Shown here: positions 1-11,910 of the stretch, piece by piece
How positions within the stretch are numbered: the first letter of the stretch is position 1
Layout of the letters: the number at the start of each line of letters is the position of its first letter
Assembly: GCA_010356995.1 (NCBI GenBank)
Contig: ML996688.1
Span: forward strand, 1,586,579-1,650,578
Length of the DNA: 64,000 bases
Direction of reading: 5' to 3'
Source: Trichodelitschia bisporula
Lineage: Eukaryota
Program-made: the position numbers and the translations under genes
The notes under the pieces: generated by a model
The model's database searches: none
What the model saw: the letters and a program-made list of their open reading frames with translations, nothing else
What the model was told of the DNA's origin: nothing

Positions 1-2449
1 CAACCGCCATCTTGCGCCCGAAAACCCTCGCCCAGCGCCCCGCCCAAGTGCGCACCAAATTTCCCTCCTCCTCCCCCCCCTCACCCTCAATAATAGCCCC
101 CTCCGTCGCCCCATTCGCAAGCCCAGAAACCGCCTCCACAATGCTGCCAAACAGCGCCCGCTCGCCCACGCGCTCCTTCTCCAGCGTATCGTCGAGGAGC
201 TGGACCTCATTCGCCCCCAACGCGCCGCGCGCCCCCGCGACCCGCGCCTTGACAATCTGCCGCACGCGGTTCGTGACCTTGAACATCGTGACCGAGACCA
301 TCTCATAGCGCCACCACTCGGCGAGCACGCGCCCGTCGCGCAGTGCGTCAGGGCCGAGCGCCCACTGGACCACTGACTCAGGCGTGACGATTGTGTAGTT
401 CAGCAGCTTGTCGACGATGTTGACGGCCGTGCCTGGGTGGTAGGCCCAGTAGCTCACGACGCTTTGGATGATCTGGCGGCGCGCGGCATCGGATTGGGCG
501 CCGATGGCGAGGAGGCGTTCCTTGCAGCGCTCGATGTTGGAGAGCACGTGGGAGAGCGACTTGGAGCCGATGAAGCAGATCGCCGTCATATAGGCATCGG
601 TCGAGGAGACCAGCGGGTCCAGAACGCCGTGGGCCAGAGCCTGAGAGTGGATCGCATCAATAGGAACCTGGAGCTCAGTATCGGCAGCGCGCGAGCGGAG
701 AAGCGCCAGGATCTGACGACCCTCGGCGGCATAGGGTGTGGTCTCAACATTGTACTTGAAGTCCGGGATATCCTTTTCCTTGCCGTCCGGAATCAACGAG
801 TGATACTCAGCCGGAAGCGACTCGCGGATGCGCTTGGTAAAGCTGAGACGGATTTCCTTGTCGATAGAGCTCAAGATGAATGCCTTCTTAGGATGGACAT
901 TTGGGCGTCCAACCTCCTCAGACCACTCAGACCACTTCCACCGGAAGTCGTAGTTGCTGATGTGGTGCGCAAACCAGTCCAAAAACCGGTACGCAAGCTC
1001 CATGTCGAGGTACTCCAGATTCTTGAACACATAGCGGATGGCACGACCCAGACTCGGCGCGATGGCGCCGGGGGAGAAGCGACAGGCCTCGATGACGACG
1101 GAATGGTAGTAGACAAGCTTGTGCTCAGGGGCGGGAAGAAGCAGAAGCTGAGAGAATACCGCGTCGATGGCGCAGTCTTCGGGCTTCCACGGAGATCGAC
1201 CCTCCTCAACGTCCTTGATCTTGTCAAACGGCACGCTGCGCCCAACGAACGTTCCCGGTGCCCAATAGAGATCGAGATCGATGAGGAATTTGGTCACAGC
1301 GATGCGGTTAAAATCCATGACGTTGATCTGGTCGACTATGACATCACGGATGAGGGAACACGCGATGTTCTCTGTCGTAGGAACAGACTAGCACAGATTA
1401 GTTGCATCCTACGGAGTCCGCAAAGTGGACCTACCTCGACCGACAGATCCGCATACAGCGAGCAGAAAGCCTCTGGGAAAACGGGCTTCGGACCCGGATT
1501 AACTGGCGAAGGAACCGTAACCGTCGGGAGGGTTTGCTTGTTGACGACGGCATCATCCGACTTATTGTAAATCCTAGGGATGCAGGCGAACGACCAGCCA
1601 AGCGTTGACTCCCTCACGAGCTGCTTCTGTAGGAGACCGATGATGCTCTGGTACTCGAAGATATTCTCGTCACCATTGCCTGGGAACGGGTTGGCGAGGT
1701 TTTCGAGAGGATGCGAAGCCGACGCGATGATATCCGTATTCTCCAGAAGATCCAGCGCCTTCTGTTCGAGGCCGGAAGAGGATGTAAGCGCATACGGGAT
1801 AGTGACGAGAATAATCTTGACAAGTTCGAGCCCAACGGCGTCTTCCTGAGAGGCAGCCTGCAAGTCCGCCGCAGTATCGAACAGCTGATCAAAGACGCTG
1901 AACACGCCGTCACCTTCCAAGATACCCTGAAGGCAGGCGAAGAAGCGAAGGAAGAACTTGAACTCGCGCCACTCGCCAGCGTCCAGGTACTCCTGCATCA
2001 GACGCCCTGCACGGGCGATGATCTCTTTGGCCGCCTCAGAATTAAGGTCATTGGTGTAGCGAACGGCGGCGGCAATGAAGGGGATCTTAACGGGCTGCTC
2101 CACAAGCAGTGCCATCATGTCATCCAAAAACCCGCCGCGGACCTGATCATCGTCGAAATTATTCGCAATGTCGCGTCCAATGCCACGCGCCTCATCCTCA
2201 GCACTACGTGCCGGCTTCTCTGCGATGACCAGAAGCTGACGCCTCAACTGTGAAGCGATGGGCTCCTCGTAGCGGCGACGTTGCGGCGTGCGTTCGACCT
2301 CGTCATCATCTACACTCTCGGTCAGCACACGCTGCACACAAACTGGTGTAGCATAACTCACCACGGTACCGCCTCTTGCGGCTGTTGTTGTTGTAGTTCC
2401 CATTGTTGCCATTGTGCCGCTTCCGGTCGCCATTGGCACCGTTCTCCAT
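1..2449 (-). CDS. CBP80: Nuclear cap-binding complex large subunit (CBP80/Sto1, MIF4G-like); 3' end lies beyond the window start
   Basis: ATG at 2449 gives MENGANGDRKRH..SRKRRYR (NLS-like). Introns 2310-2361 and 1388-1434 (GT..AG). Motifs LLVEQPVKIPFIAA, WREFKFFLRFFACL, APSLGRAIR, FLDWFAHHISNYDFRWKW. Confidence 0.93.
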
Positions 2450-3158
2450 CGTAGCTCCGTACGATCGCGCTCAGGCTTGCTTGACAAACGGTAGGGTAAT
2501 CAGGAGAGTTGCCGAGGAAAGGCTACGTTGAGGAGTGGATATGGATATGACAGTGCTTGTATCGGAGAGAATATGGTTGACGGTAGCAAGAAGCGGGGAT
2601 GGTTGAAGCTGTCCAAGGGGATTCTTCAGGGATGGAACGCGTTGGTGGAGCTGCGCGAGAAGTTGAGAAGCTGCGACGTCTGGTTCGAAGAGCGCTGTCT
2701 TGGCAACGCCTTCATGCACGGCTTCCAATGCACGTGATATCCAAATCCTGAGGTAGATAGAGCATCACAGGAGCTTTTGATACATATATACGGTTTATCA
2801 GATAGTTCAAACACTTGATTGTGTCCCAATGTCCTGAGATTGTCCCCTGTTTTGCCGAAAGTACGGATACCGGTTGAAGCCCATACAGTCCACGCAGTGC
2901 TGAATGATACGGTATCCGCAGCCTCACGTATCGCCTAAGCCAGAAAGGAAAACTGCAATTCCTCTTCGGTGGAGTTCGTGATACCGCACGGGCTGGACCT
3001 AGCTATCCACGTCTCCATACGCTCGACCGAAGTGTGCTTCATGCCGCATTGAAGCCTCCGCCAACGTGATATTCCCACCTATGTTACACGCTGTAATACC
3101 CGACAAACGACTCCTCCCCATCACACTCAGCTCAACGCCTAAACTCCCTCCTCATAAT

Positions 3159-3758
3159 CTACTGCCTCACCAACCTCTTCTCTACCTCCCCCAACAACTC
3201 AACCAAATCCCCCTCACTCCCCTCAAACTCCACCGCCTCCGCCAACCACTCCCTCGCCTCCTCCAACCGTCCCATCTCAATAAGACATTTTCCCCTCCTC
3301 CACCACGCCTTGCTATTCTGCACCTTCTTCAGCTCCACACTGCACTGCGCATCCACCGCCCCCTCCGGCCAATTCTGCCCCGCCATATGCGCCTGCGCCC
3401 GATTCGCATACAGCGCGCTCAGCTCCTCGCGCACCAGCCCCGCGGGCTCCCACGCTGGCCGTCCGAGCGCCATGTCGATCCCTAGACTGTACATGCGGAT
3501 GGCGTCTGCGTAGGCGGCCTTGCGGTAGTGTGTGTTGCCCGTTTCGCGCAGCTTGCTGATATTCGCGCTGCGCTTTGGGTTTACGGGGATGGGGGGTGGG
3601 GGGACGCCATGGGGCCCGTCGACGGTAAGGAGGGTGCGGTGGAGTTGGTTAAGGGTTTGGAGTTCTCGCGCCAGGTCGGGGGAGAGGTGGGCGCTGGAGA
3701 TGGCCTTTGTTTGGGGATCGAGAGTGAGGGGGAGCTGTTCGAAGGTTTCGAGGTCCAT
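3159..3758 (-). CDS. SEC72: Sec62/63 translocation complex TPR subunit Sec72
   Basis: MDLETFEQLPL..LNQLHRTLL..VPPPPIPVNPKRSANISKLRETGN, then TPR helices (ALGRPAWEP..LYANRAQAHM..KAWWRRGKCL). Intronless, 199 aa. Confidence 0.9.
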   Translation of the reverse strand: MDLETFEQLPLTLDPQTKAISSAHLSPDLARELQTLNQLHRTLLTVDGPHGVPPPPIPVNPKRSANISKLRETGNTHYRKAAYADAIRMYSLGIDMALGRPAWEPAGLVREELSALYANRAQAHMAGQNWPEGAVDAQCSVELKKVQNSKAWWRRGKCLIEMGRLEEAREWLAEAVEFEGSEGDLVELLGEVEKRLVRQ

Positions 3759-4094
3759 TTTGGAGGATGTAGTGGGGGAGTGCGGCGGTGCGTGTGGTGA
3801 GTGGAGGTTGGCGGTTTTGGTGATATATTTGGAGGGTTGGAGCTGTGAAATGGTCCACGTACGTCGAAACAGGTTCTTGGCTGGCACGTGACAAGGCCGT
3901 CCAAATTGTCACAAGGCTCAACAAGAGACTTCAAGAGAATATAGATCAAGGTCTTGTAAATATAGCGGTCTAATCAAGATTCAAAAGCAAGTGGCAGTAT
4001 GTACAGAGCCTCAGACAACGGTCCATAAATCCAAGGGCAGAACGCCAACCAAACGAAGAAACCTGGCAAACGTTGCCGCTCACAACGCCATCCT

Positions 4095-5411
4095 CTACAA
4101 AGCGCCATTGAATGCAAGCAAGTTCGGAGTCCCGGTGTTGGGGAAGATGTTCTTCACCTTGCCCACCGTGGACATAGACTTGATCCGCAGCGCCAGAGCG
4201 GCGGGATCCTGCTGGCCGTAGACGCCCTGCAGGTAGGCGGCCAGACCGGCCATGTGCGGGGAGGCCATCGAGGTGCCAGAGATGATGTTCTACAGCCGTT
4301 AACATTGCTCCCACTCAGACCCTGATAGACTTACGGTAGCAGTCGGCCCGCCAATCCAGGTCGACTCAATATCCAGACCCGGCGCAAACCCATCAACCAG
4401 CCAGCCGTAGTTGGAAAACGACGTGATCTGGTCCTGGTAATCCGTCGCCCCAACCGTGAAGGCAGTGGGCTCCGAAGACGGTGAGCTAGCATCCGTGTTG
4501 ACAGCCTCATTGCCAGCCGCAACAGCGAAAAAGATGCCTGCCTCGACCGCCTCCTTCACCACATCGTTGAGCGCCTGATTCCGCGGGCCTCCCAGACTCA
4601 TATTCGCCACATACCCATTCGGACACTCCTCAGTACGGTTCTTCGAGTCCTCAACCGCATACTGAATCCCAGCAATGATATCCGACCAAGCACCATACCC
4701 ATACTCATCCAGCACCTTGATGCCAAACAGCTTCGTCTTCTTGGCAACGCCATACGTCTTTGACCCAATCGTGCCAGACACATGCGTCCCGTGCCCGTTG
4801 TCATCCGTCGTCGCCGTCGTAGCAAAGTTCTTGAGGAATGTCGCCCGCCCCTCGAACTCAGGGTGCTCGGCATAAACACCCGTGTCGACGATGTAAGCGC
4901 ACGTCCCCGCGCCCGCGCTCGCCGCGAACCGGTACTCCGTCGTCCCGGCGTCGCGGTGGCTGATGCGGGCCAGACCCCACGTCGCGTTCGCCTGGCTCGT
5001 GATGCGGCCCCACTGCGCCTGGTCCGCGGCTGAAACATCCATAGTATGAGCCTCCCTCTTATCGGTCACAATATAGGCGACCTAGACCGTTAACTTGAGC
5101 TCTGAGTCAAAGCTGCGGGTGCTTACCGTGGAGTCCGCCTGCAGCGCGGCGAGCTGCACGGACGTCAGGCTCGCGGCGAAGCCCTTGAAGTTGCCGACGC
5201 CGTAGATGTGCGTCTTCTCAGCAGCGGCAACGGCGCTCGTCGACATGATGCCTGGGCCCGTGGCTGGGGCGGCGGCCGGTGCCGGGGCGTCGGGCTTGAG
5301 CACGACGATGTACTTGCCTGGCGCGGCTTCGGCGGCGGCGTCGGCGCGGGTGTTGAGGGTGGGGGCGCCGAGGGCGAAGGGCAGGGCTGCGAGGGCGGTG
5401 ATGTAGCGCAT
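4095..5411 (-). CDS. Secreted subtilisin-like serine protease (S8A, proteinase K type) with I9 propeptide
   Basis: Signal peptide MRYITALAALPFALG; propeptide GKYIVVLK..FKGFAASL; catalytic triad VDTG, HGTHVSGTIG, SGTSMASPH. Introns 5082-5126 and 4290-4334; stop after LLAFNGAL. Confidence 0.95.
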
Positions 5412-7237
5412 GTTGGCGGGCTGGTGGGTTAGTTGGCAGGCTGAGTGAGGCTGTGGCTGGCTGGTTGGTGATGTTGTTGTTCGAGTATCTTAGCTGTTCT
5501 TTTATATCCCACGATGAGAGGTGTGCCGCAGTGTTGTTAAAGATGGCGACATGGACATGAGGATCTGAGGGCGTGCTACACCAAGTCGAATGCTACCTAC
5601 TCACCAGTGTCTCCATCCTAAACGGTATGCTGAAGTCCGACTCTCGTGTGGCATAGCTACGAGCTTCCTTTCGCATCTTGCCTTCCAGCTATTTTGGATC
5701 GAGGAGATCCAAACCAAGCAGACAGGAGCTAGGCGCGGAGGAGTATCTCAGCCATAGTTACCGAACCGGTAGGTGCAGAAGCTCTTTGACCCCACTGGAA
5801 ATGTCGACATCGGAGCAGATCCCGCGCCGCAATATCTGCCCTGCCAAAATTGGCATGAACGAAAGCAGAGGAGTTGCCCGCCGGCCATGGTCGCCGATCT
5901 ACCCAGGCAATAGAGCACATGGTGTGCACACTGCTATGTATGTCTGCTGAACCATAGACAAGGAATTCACAATCCAGGCTACGGTACTGGTACATCCTTT
6001 AGCACGCGTGGTTCTTGACCGAATTTGGAAAGTAGGTCTCTGTAGATTAATCTAGATTAATCGGCCAGGGTGAGGAGCAGGGCGCCCGTTGCTAAGCTTC
6101 GAACCGGAAGGTCAATCTGGTACAGATGGACTAACGGGGACGTAACAAGGTTAAGCGTGCATATTTTCGCTTCCAAGATCCGGGTGAAGGCGTGGGAGAT
6201 GCAAGTCCACTGTCCAGCATGCGCGGCAGATGTAGCCGAGAACACGCGTGCCTTCATCGGCCAGACCGTCATCCCACGGTGCCTACAGCTGCCTGATATC
6301 ATCGAAGGATGTTGAGCTATTTGCGGAGACTACGCCGTAGACTGTGCCGCAATGGCGGAGGCCAGGTTATTGTGCGTATGACAAACGGGAGCTGGGTAGA
6401 AGTCTTGAGGGACAACGGATGAAGGAAACCCAGTTCAATGTATCAGTCTGTCCCTCACAAAGCTTAGTGATACTCATCTCCGCAGTGAATGCATCTCTAG
6501 ATGTAGTTGGAATAGTAAAATGACATTCACTCAGCGTTTGAGACGGCATGCTTCGCGGACTAGTTCTAGGAATGTGAGCAGCAGCACCCGGCATCAGTGT
6601 ACAAATGCAGCTGGAAGCTTATACAACCGACATTTTATCGTCTAGGATGAAAGGCAGGATTGATCGAAGTGCGGCACAGCCAGTCCAAGGTCGCGAGGAG
6701 AGTTGATGATAAGCAGTTTCATGGTGTTGAGGTTCGCGGGCCACCCAAAGATGTCGCGGTCGCCCATGTCACCAAGACGGCCCGGCAGAGAGGCAGCGAC
6801 TTTTTGTATGACACTTGGTCCGCCAGGCACCAGCCACCAGCCACATAATAGCCGCAGCATATGTGGCAGTGCGGTGACAACGCGCCAGCCTCATCTTTTT
6901 GCACCAGTCACCGCCAGCCACCACACTCACAGGGGAAGCGTGTCATTCACCAACCCTCCCAGCTCAGTTCTCCATAAAAGAACAGGAACTCTACCTCCAC
7001 GCCCACCGCTCTTCAACTCCCCCGGCAAAGGCCATGAATCTTTCGTAGGCGATTTTGAACCTCAATTCGACCATCAAGCCCAGCACTGACGACAGCTTAG
7101 CACGTAAGACCGGCACCCAGCCCGAGGCGACAGATATCAATCCCTTCCCACTCGCGTAGCTCCTCAGGAACCCATTCGTTTCTCCAGATCAGGAATCCCC
7201 CTCCCTCCAGCCCTACCCGGATCCTCTATCAACCATC

Positions 7238-8875
7238 ATGGCCCCCACCTTCTCCGGCAAATCCCCCGAATCCTACGCCACCGGCCTCCGCCGCAAAGAC
7301 TCCAAAAACGCCCTAAACACCTGCCACGGAACCACCTCTACGGGACGTGCCTGCCGCCGCGCCCTCGCCGGCGCCGGCAACCGACCGCAAGGCGCCTTCC
7401 TCGTCCCGGCTAACGACGACCCGGCCGTCTTCTACTGCTGGCAGCACAAGGACCAGGCCGAGCCCGTCGGCGCGGGCTCCGAAGTCTATCCGCTGGATGG
7501 TTGGGAGAGCATCGAGTCCACGTTTCGGCATTTAGGCCTTGATGATGGCCCCCTTGAGGAGGCGATGCGGAACGTCAGGCTCGGGAGCGTGATCGAGGAC
7601 GACTCGGAATCGGAAAGCGACGACGAGCCGATCCCCTCACGCCCGCACACCCCGAATCCCCACCCAGCAACCCCTTCCCCCGCCGCACGCACCCCCCGGA
7701 CCGAACCGAGCCAACAGCGGACCGAACCCCGGACCGAAAAACCCCGCCGCAAACCCGTCCCCTCCCCGCCCAACCCTCCCCGAGGCCGGCGCAAATCCAC
7801 CCCCTCCCCCCCAAAATCCCCCCTCCTCTCCCTCCTCACCGGCTGCTTCGGCTCCGCCCCGCCACCCCCGCGGAGCAAATCCCGGAACCCGCACCACCGC
7901 CGCCGGTCAAGCGCCCACCGCCCCTCCGAGCCGGAAAAGCACTTAAGTCCGCGCCCCGCGCCCGCGCCCGAGACCGAGAAACCCCTAACCCCGCCCTCGC
8001 GCTCGCGCCCGTCGCCGCGCGCTTCCCCGCGCGCCAGTCAGACCTCCGGCCTGCCCTCGGGCCGGAAGGCGAGTCGCCCGTCTAGCTCGAGGCATGACTC
8101 CGCGCACCCAAGCCCGGAGAGCACGCCCCCGCACTCAGCGCCCCGGCCTGCGGCGTTCAAGGCGCATACCAGCCCCAGCGCGAGTCCGCCGCATTTAAGG
8201 CCCGGGGGGGAGTGGGGAAGTCTCGCGCCAACCCACCCGTCCAACTCGCCGTCAACACCATCACGCCCACCCGCAGCACGCATTGTCACCGCCCCAGCCT
8301 CTACTCTCGAACCGCCGCCGCTGCCACCGAACGCGTCTCTCGGGGAGGTAGAGGTGTATGCGAAGCTGCGGAAGGTGATGGACGACCCGCCAACTGCGGC
8401 TGATGGACCGGGGTATATTTACGTATTCTACCACGCCGAAGACGGTATCAATGCGGAGATGCTTTCGCCGTATAACGCGCGGGTGGCGCCTAGGCGGGAG
8501 AGCAGCGGAGGCGGGGTGAAAAAAATGGCGTTGAAGGTGGGGCGGGCGACGAATGTGCATGCGCGGATGGGGCAGTGGAATCGGCAGTGTGGGGCGAAGG
8601 TTGCGTTGTGGAGGAGTTATCCCGCGGTTGAGGGGGGGGTGGGGATGAGGGTGGGTTGTGTTAAGAAGGTGGAGCGGTTGGTGCATTTGCACCTTGAGAT
8701 GTTGGGGAGGAGGGTGAGTAGGGTTTGTGGGTGTGGGACGGTGCATCAAGAGTGGTTTGAGGTTGAGGCGTCGAGGGAGGGGCTGGGGGAGGTGGAGGAG
8801 GTTATTCGTAGGTGGGTTGATTGGGCGGAGACGATGTATGGAGGGCGAGGGGGTAGAGGGGGGGTTGGTATGTAG
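7238..8875 (+). CDS. T5orf172/MUG113 (GIY-YIG-like) domain protein with N-terminal Cys/His motif and Pro/Ser-rich linker
   Basis: 545-aa ORF. N-terminal CHGTTSTGRACRR..YCWQH; C-terminal GYIYVF, LKVGRATNVHARMGQW, VERLVHLHL, CGCGTVHQEWF. Confidence 0.8.
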   Translation: MAPTFSGKSPESYATGLRRKDSKNALNTCHGTTSTGRACRRALAGAGNRPQGAFLVPANDDPAVFYCWQHKDQAEPVGAGSEVYPLDGWESIESTFRHLGLDDGPLEEAMRNVRLGSVIEDDSESESDDEPIPSRPHTPNPHPATPSPAARTPRTEPSQQRTEPRTEKPRRKPVPSPPNPPRGRRKSTPSPPKSPLLSLLTGCFGSAPPPPRSKSRNPHHRRRSSAHRPSEPEKHLSPRPAPAPETEKPLTPPSRSRPSPRASPRASQTSGLPSGRKASRPSSSRHDSAHPSPESTPPHSAPRPAAFKAHTSPSASPPHLRPGGEWGSLAPTHPSNSPSTPSRPPAARIVTAPASTLEPPPLPPNASLGEVEVYAKLRKVMDDPPTAADGPGYIYVFYHAEDGINAEMLSPYNARVAPRRESSGGGVKKMALKVGRATNVHARMGQWNRQCGAKVALWRSYPAVEGGVGMRVGCVKKVERLVHLHLEMLGRRVSRVCGCGTVHQEWFEVEASREGLGEVEEVIRRWVDWAETMYGGRGGRGGVGM

Positions 8876-10648
8876 GAACTGTGTGGTTCTATGCTAATAC
8901 ATCCATATCCTTCGGACCAAGTTCAGCCTTGTGCCTTTGCCGTCTTCATAACTCGTACGCACCCACTTGCTAACACCCGAATGCAAAGAGAGGTTACGTC
9001 AAGCCTCTTGGTGACTGTGGTCGGACGAGCGGGGTTAATCCGGAGAATGTGGAGATTCATATCGTGGTACAAGCGAGCAGACTGCAACTTATGGTAGGAT
9101 TCTGGCAGCCGAGCGCCGGGGACATGATCCTGAGGGTAACCGGTTCTTTTGGTGGGGATGCCGAAGGATGCTGAGCCTAGTGTACTACAGTAAGCCATTT
9201 CTCGCTAACGTATCCCGTCAGATGTTCGAACGAAGCATAGATTCCCGGCCCAAAACAGTTCCTACATCTATTAGCCACCATAGACGTGAACCACGCCTAT
9301 CAAACCGCCTAGACGATCCTTCCTCGCATAACCACCCATCCGTGTCCGAGTCGTGCAACCATCACCACCAAACTGTCATCATCCCATAGCAGGCATTGAA
9401 TCCTTCCTCGGCAAACCGACGCCAAATCCCATCCCTCACAACCACGCAATCAAGCCACTCGTCGTACACGACTTGCATAGACGAGCTATCATGCTCTGCC
9501 ATCCCGTCCTTTAAATCCTCACGCCGACTCCTCACGTCCCCACGGCCGAAAAAGCTCGCCGTTGCACCAACGCACCACTGATTACTCGAAGGGGAACAGG
9601 ACCTGCACGGCTGGTTGCACAGAGCGGCTGGTCGAGCGCTGTATGCGGATTGTCCTATCTCGGCCTGGAGAAGTCCAGTCATAACAACTGCCATCAGACT
9701 GTAAGGACGTCGGCCACCTCAGCTGAAAGCAACGTCGAGCCCGCAAAGTAGGTCCACTACACACCACACCACACCACACCTCAACCGTCCCCCACTCCAC
9801 TTACACCTCACACCTACCACATCTCACAACATTCCAAAACGCGCAAAAGCATCTTGTCAGCCGTGCGGGCGCCTGGAAAAGTAGAGTAAGCCCAACGGCA
9901 TCTCATCCAGACCATCCAGCCCTCCCGCACCGACTCTATGCACGCCTCACACTGTCAGGTCCAGGAACCCGCCCCGCCCACGTCAACGTGGTGGCGCCCC
10001 GATTGCTCGCATGCTGCCTCGCCAAGACCCGCGCGGTGTGTGGGGGCCAAGTCGAGGGGCGTAAGGCTGCGGCATGCAGGGGCGATGCGAAACAACCGGT
10101 CAAGATAACAGCGCAGTGCTGCAGGGTGTGGGAGGCTCCGGGGATAGGCTTCTGATTACTATGTTCTGAGGAGAGGCACGAATGCGGTGTGTACTATAAT
10201 GTAGTTTTTGATGATTCTCGATGTTGGCGATGCGCGGGTTCCCGGCGCCCATAGCTCAGCCTTGCGCGCAGCGCGGATCGCTGCCGAAGCTGAGGTCCTT
10301 CACCTCCCCCTCGTCGTCGGTAATGTACAAGAAATAAGGAAACTAGTGTACAGATGATGATGATGATGATGCGGAATCGTGTCTAGCGAGTGTAGTGCCG
10401 TGTATGTAGCGACCGTACGATGATGTATGCTGCCTCCCCACGAACAAAGAAAAAAAAACGATGGTATCTCCCTAGCCGCGCGCTGTGAAGGAAAACGCTC
10501 CAAAGAAGATCAGAAAATCGCTGGATATCCCACCCATGCCGCCTGGTCCCATCATTGCTCATGAACCGGCGTCGCAAACCCCAAAAAACACCCGCTGAAC
10601 GCAAAGAAAAACACACAATCGGTCCCCTCGTTCCCCTACCCCTCACCA

Positions 10649-11910
10649 TCATTCCCCGTACGGGTAAACCTCCTCTTTCACCCTCCCCACCTCCCGATAC
10701 CCCTCATCAATCAACCGCACCGCCTCATCCACCCCAAGCAACCTTCTTATAACATCCATCTCACTGTGCCCCCTATACCCGCGCATCCGATGACACCACC
10801 TCATCTTCCCCTCCCTGATCAAAAACTCCCCGCCGACCCAGAACGGATTCCCGGCGTTCCAGCGCAGGCGCTCTTCCGTCGCGCGCAGCTGCTTGATCTG
10901 TCCCTTTACCCAATCTCCCCCGGTCATACCCGCCATGTAGCGCGCGGTCCGGGGCCCGGGATTCAGAGTCCAGTTCATGCCGAGGAGTTTGTAGAGCCGC
11001 TTGGATGGGTCTGCGAAGATGGGGAATGGCGTGCCGGTGTGCGCGCGGTAGGCGCGGATGAGTTCCGGGGAGCCGAGGCCGATGATAGTTATTGACGTCG
11101 GCGTCGGGAGCGTGAAATACGTCTGCAAAGAAATAGTATTCGAGAGAGCCTTGAGGTAGTTCTGGCAAGCCTGGGTCGGGGTTAGTATATCACGTTGATA
11201 GTGTTGTGGAGGGGGGAGCCTACGCCGCAGTAAAAATGCCTCACAAAAATAATCAACTGTTGCTCCCCAATCGCATCATCCCCCTCATACAAGCTCCTAA
11301 ACTTCCTCTCATTCCCCTCGCTATCAAACAGCGGTATCTCGCCCGCCTCCGCGAGCGCGCGCGCACTCGGCAATGTATCACTATCCGCAATATCATCGCT
11401 CGTGTCGCTCCCGAACCCATCGAAATACGCATCGAGATCGAATTCAGAAGAATAGTGCGGCTCAAGCCCATACGAGCACTCGTCGTGCGCTTCACAGTCC
11501 CCGTGCGCGTCGGGATAGAAACGCGTGTCGAGTTCGTCGGACTCGTCGTCAGATGCGATGGCGAACTCGTGCTCCTCCTCGCGCCACGCGGAGGCGGTGC
11601 TCGTGCTCGGGCGGCGGTACCCGGAGATAGTAGTCGAGCTCGGCCTCCGCTTGTAGGCCGAGGAGTAATTCGTCGGGGCTGTGGAGTGGCTGTAATGGCT
11701 CGTCGTATCCGAGACCTGGGATTTGGCAGACGCTTTGGATGTGCTGTAGCTGGGCGTGTAGCTAGGCGTGTAGGACGAGCTGTGGAAGTAGGTCGAGACG
11801 CGGGCGTCGGTTGATATTGCGGTTCCGGGGGCGATGTTGCGCTCAAGCGGCCATGATATTTGAGGCCTGGGAGGGGGTGGTGTGGCGGCGCGGCGGCGGA
11901 AGATGGCCAT
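10649..11910 (-). CDS. AhpC/TSA-like (peroxiredoxin-like 2/AAED1-type) thioredoxin-fold protein with low-complexity N-terminal extension
   Basis: IIFVRHFYCG|ACQNYL gives a CxxC across intron 11171-11223. Also IIGLGSPELI, FPIFADPSKRLYKLLGM, GGEFL..WCHRM..H. Confidence 0.85.

Noticed and set aside
437..1570. 377-aa + strand ORF
   Set aside because: Antisense shadow of the CBP80 coding exons. The same applies to 15944-16990 (SDR), 27952-29019 (NIPA) and 53685-54767 (STH1).
9860..10300. GGGCTTACTCT (minus strand, ~9883-9893) resembling the RNase MRP P4 3' strand, plus a hairpin at ~10254-10294
   Set aside because: No matching 5' GAAAGUCCCC-type CR-I element was found, so the evidence is insufficient for an RNA gene call.
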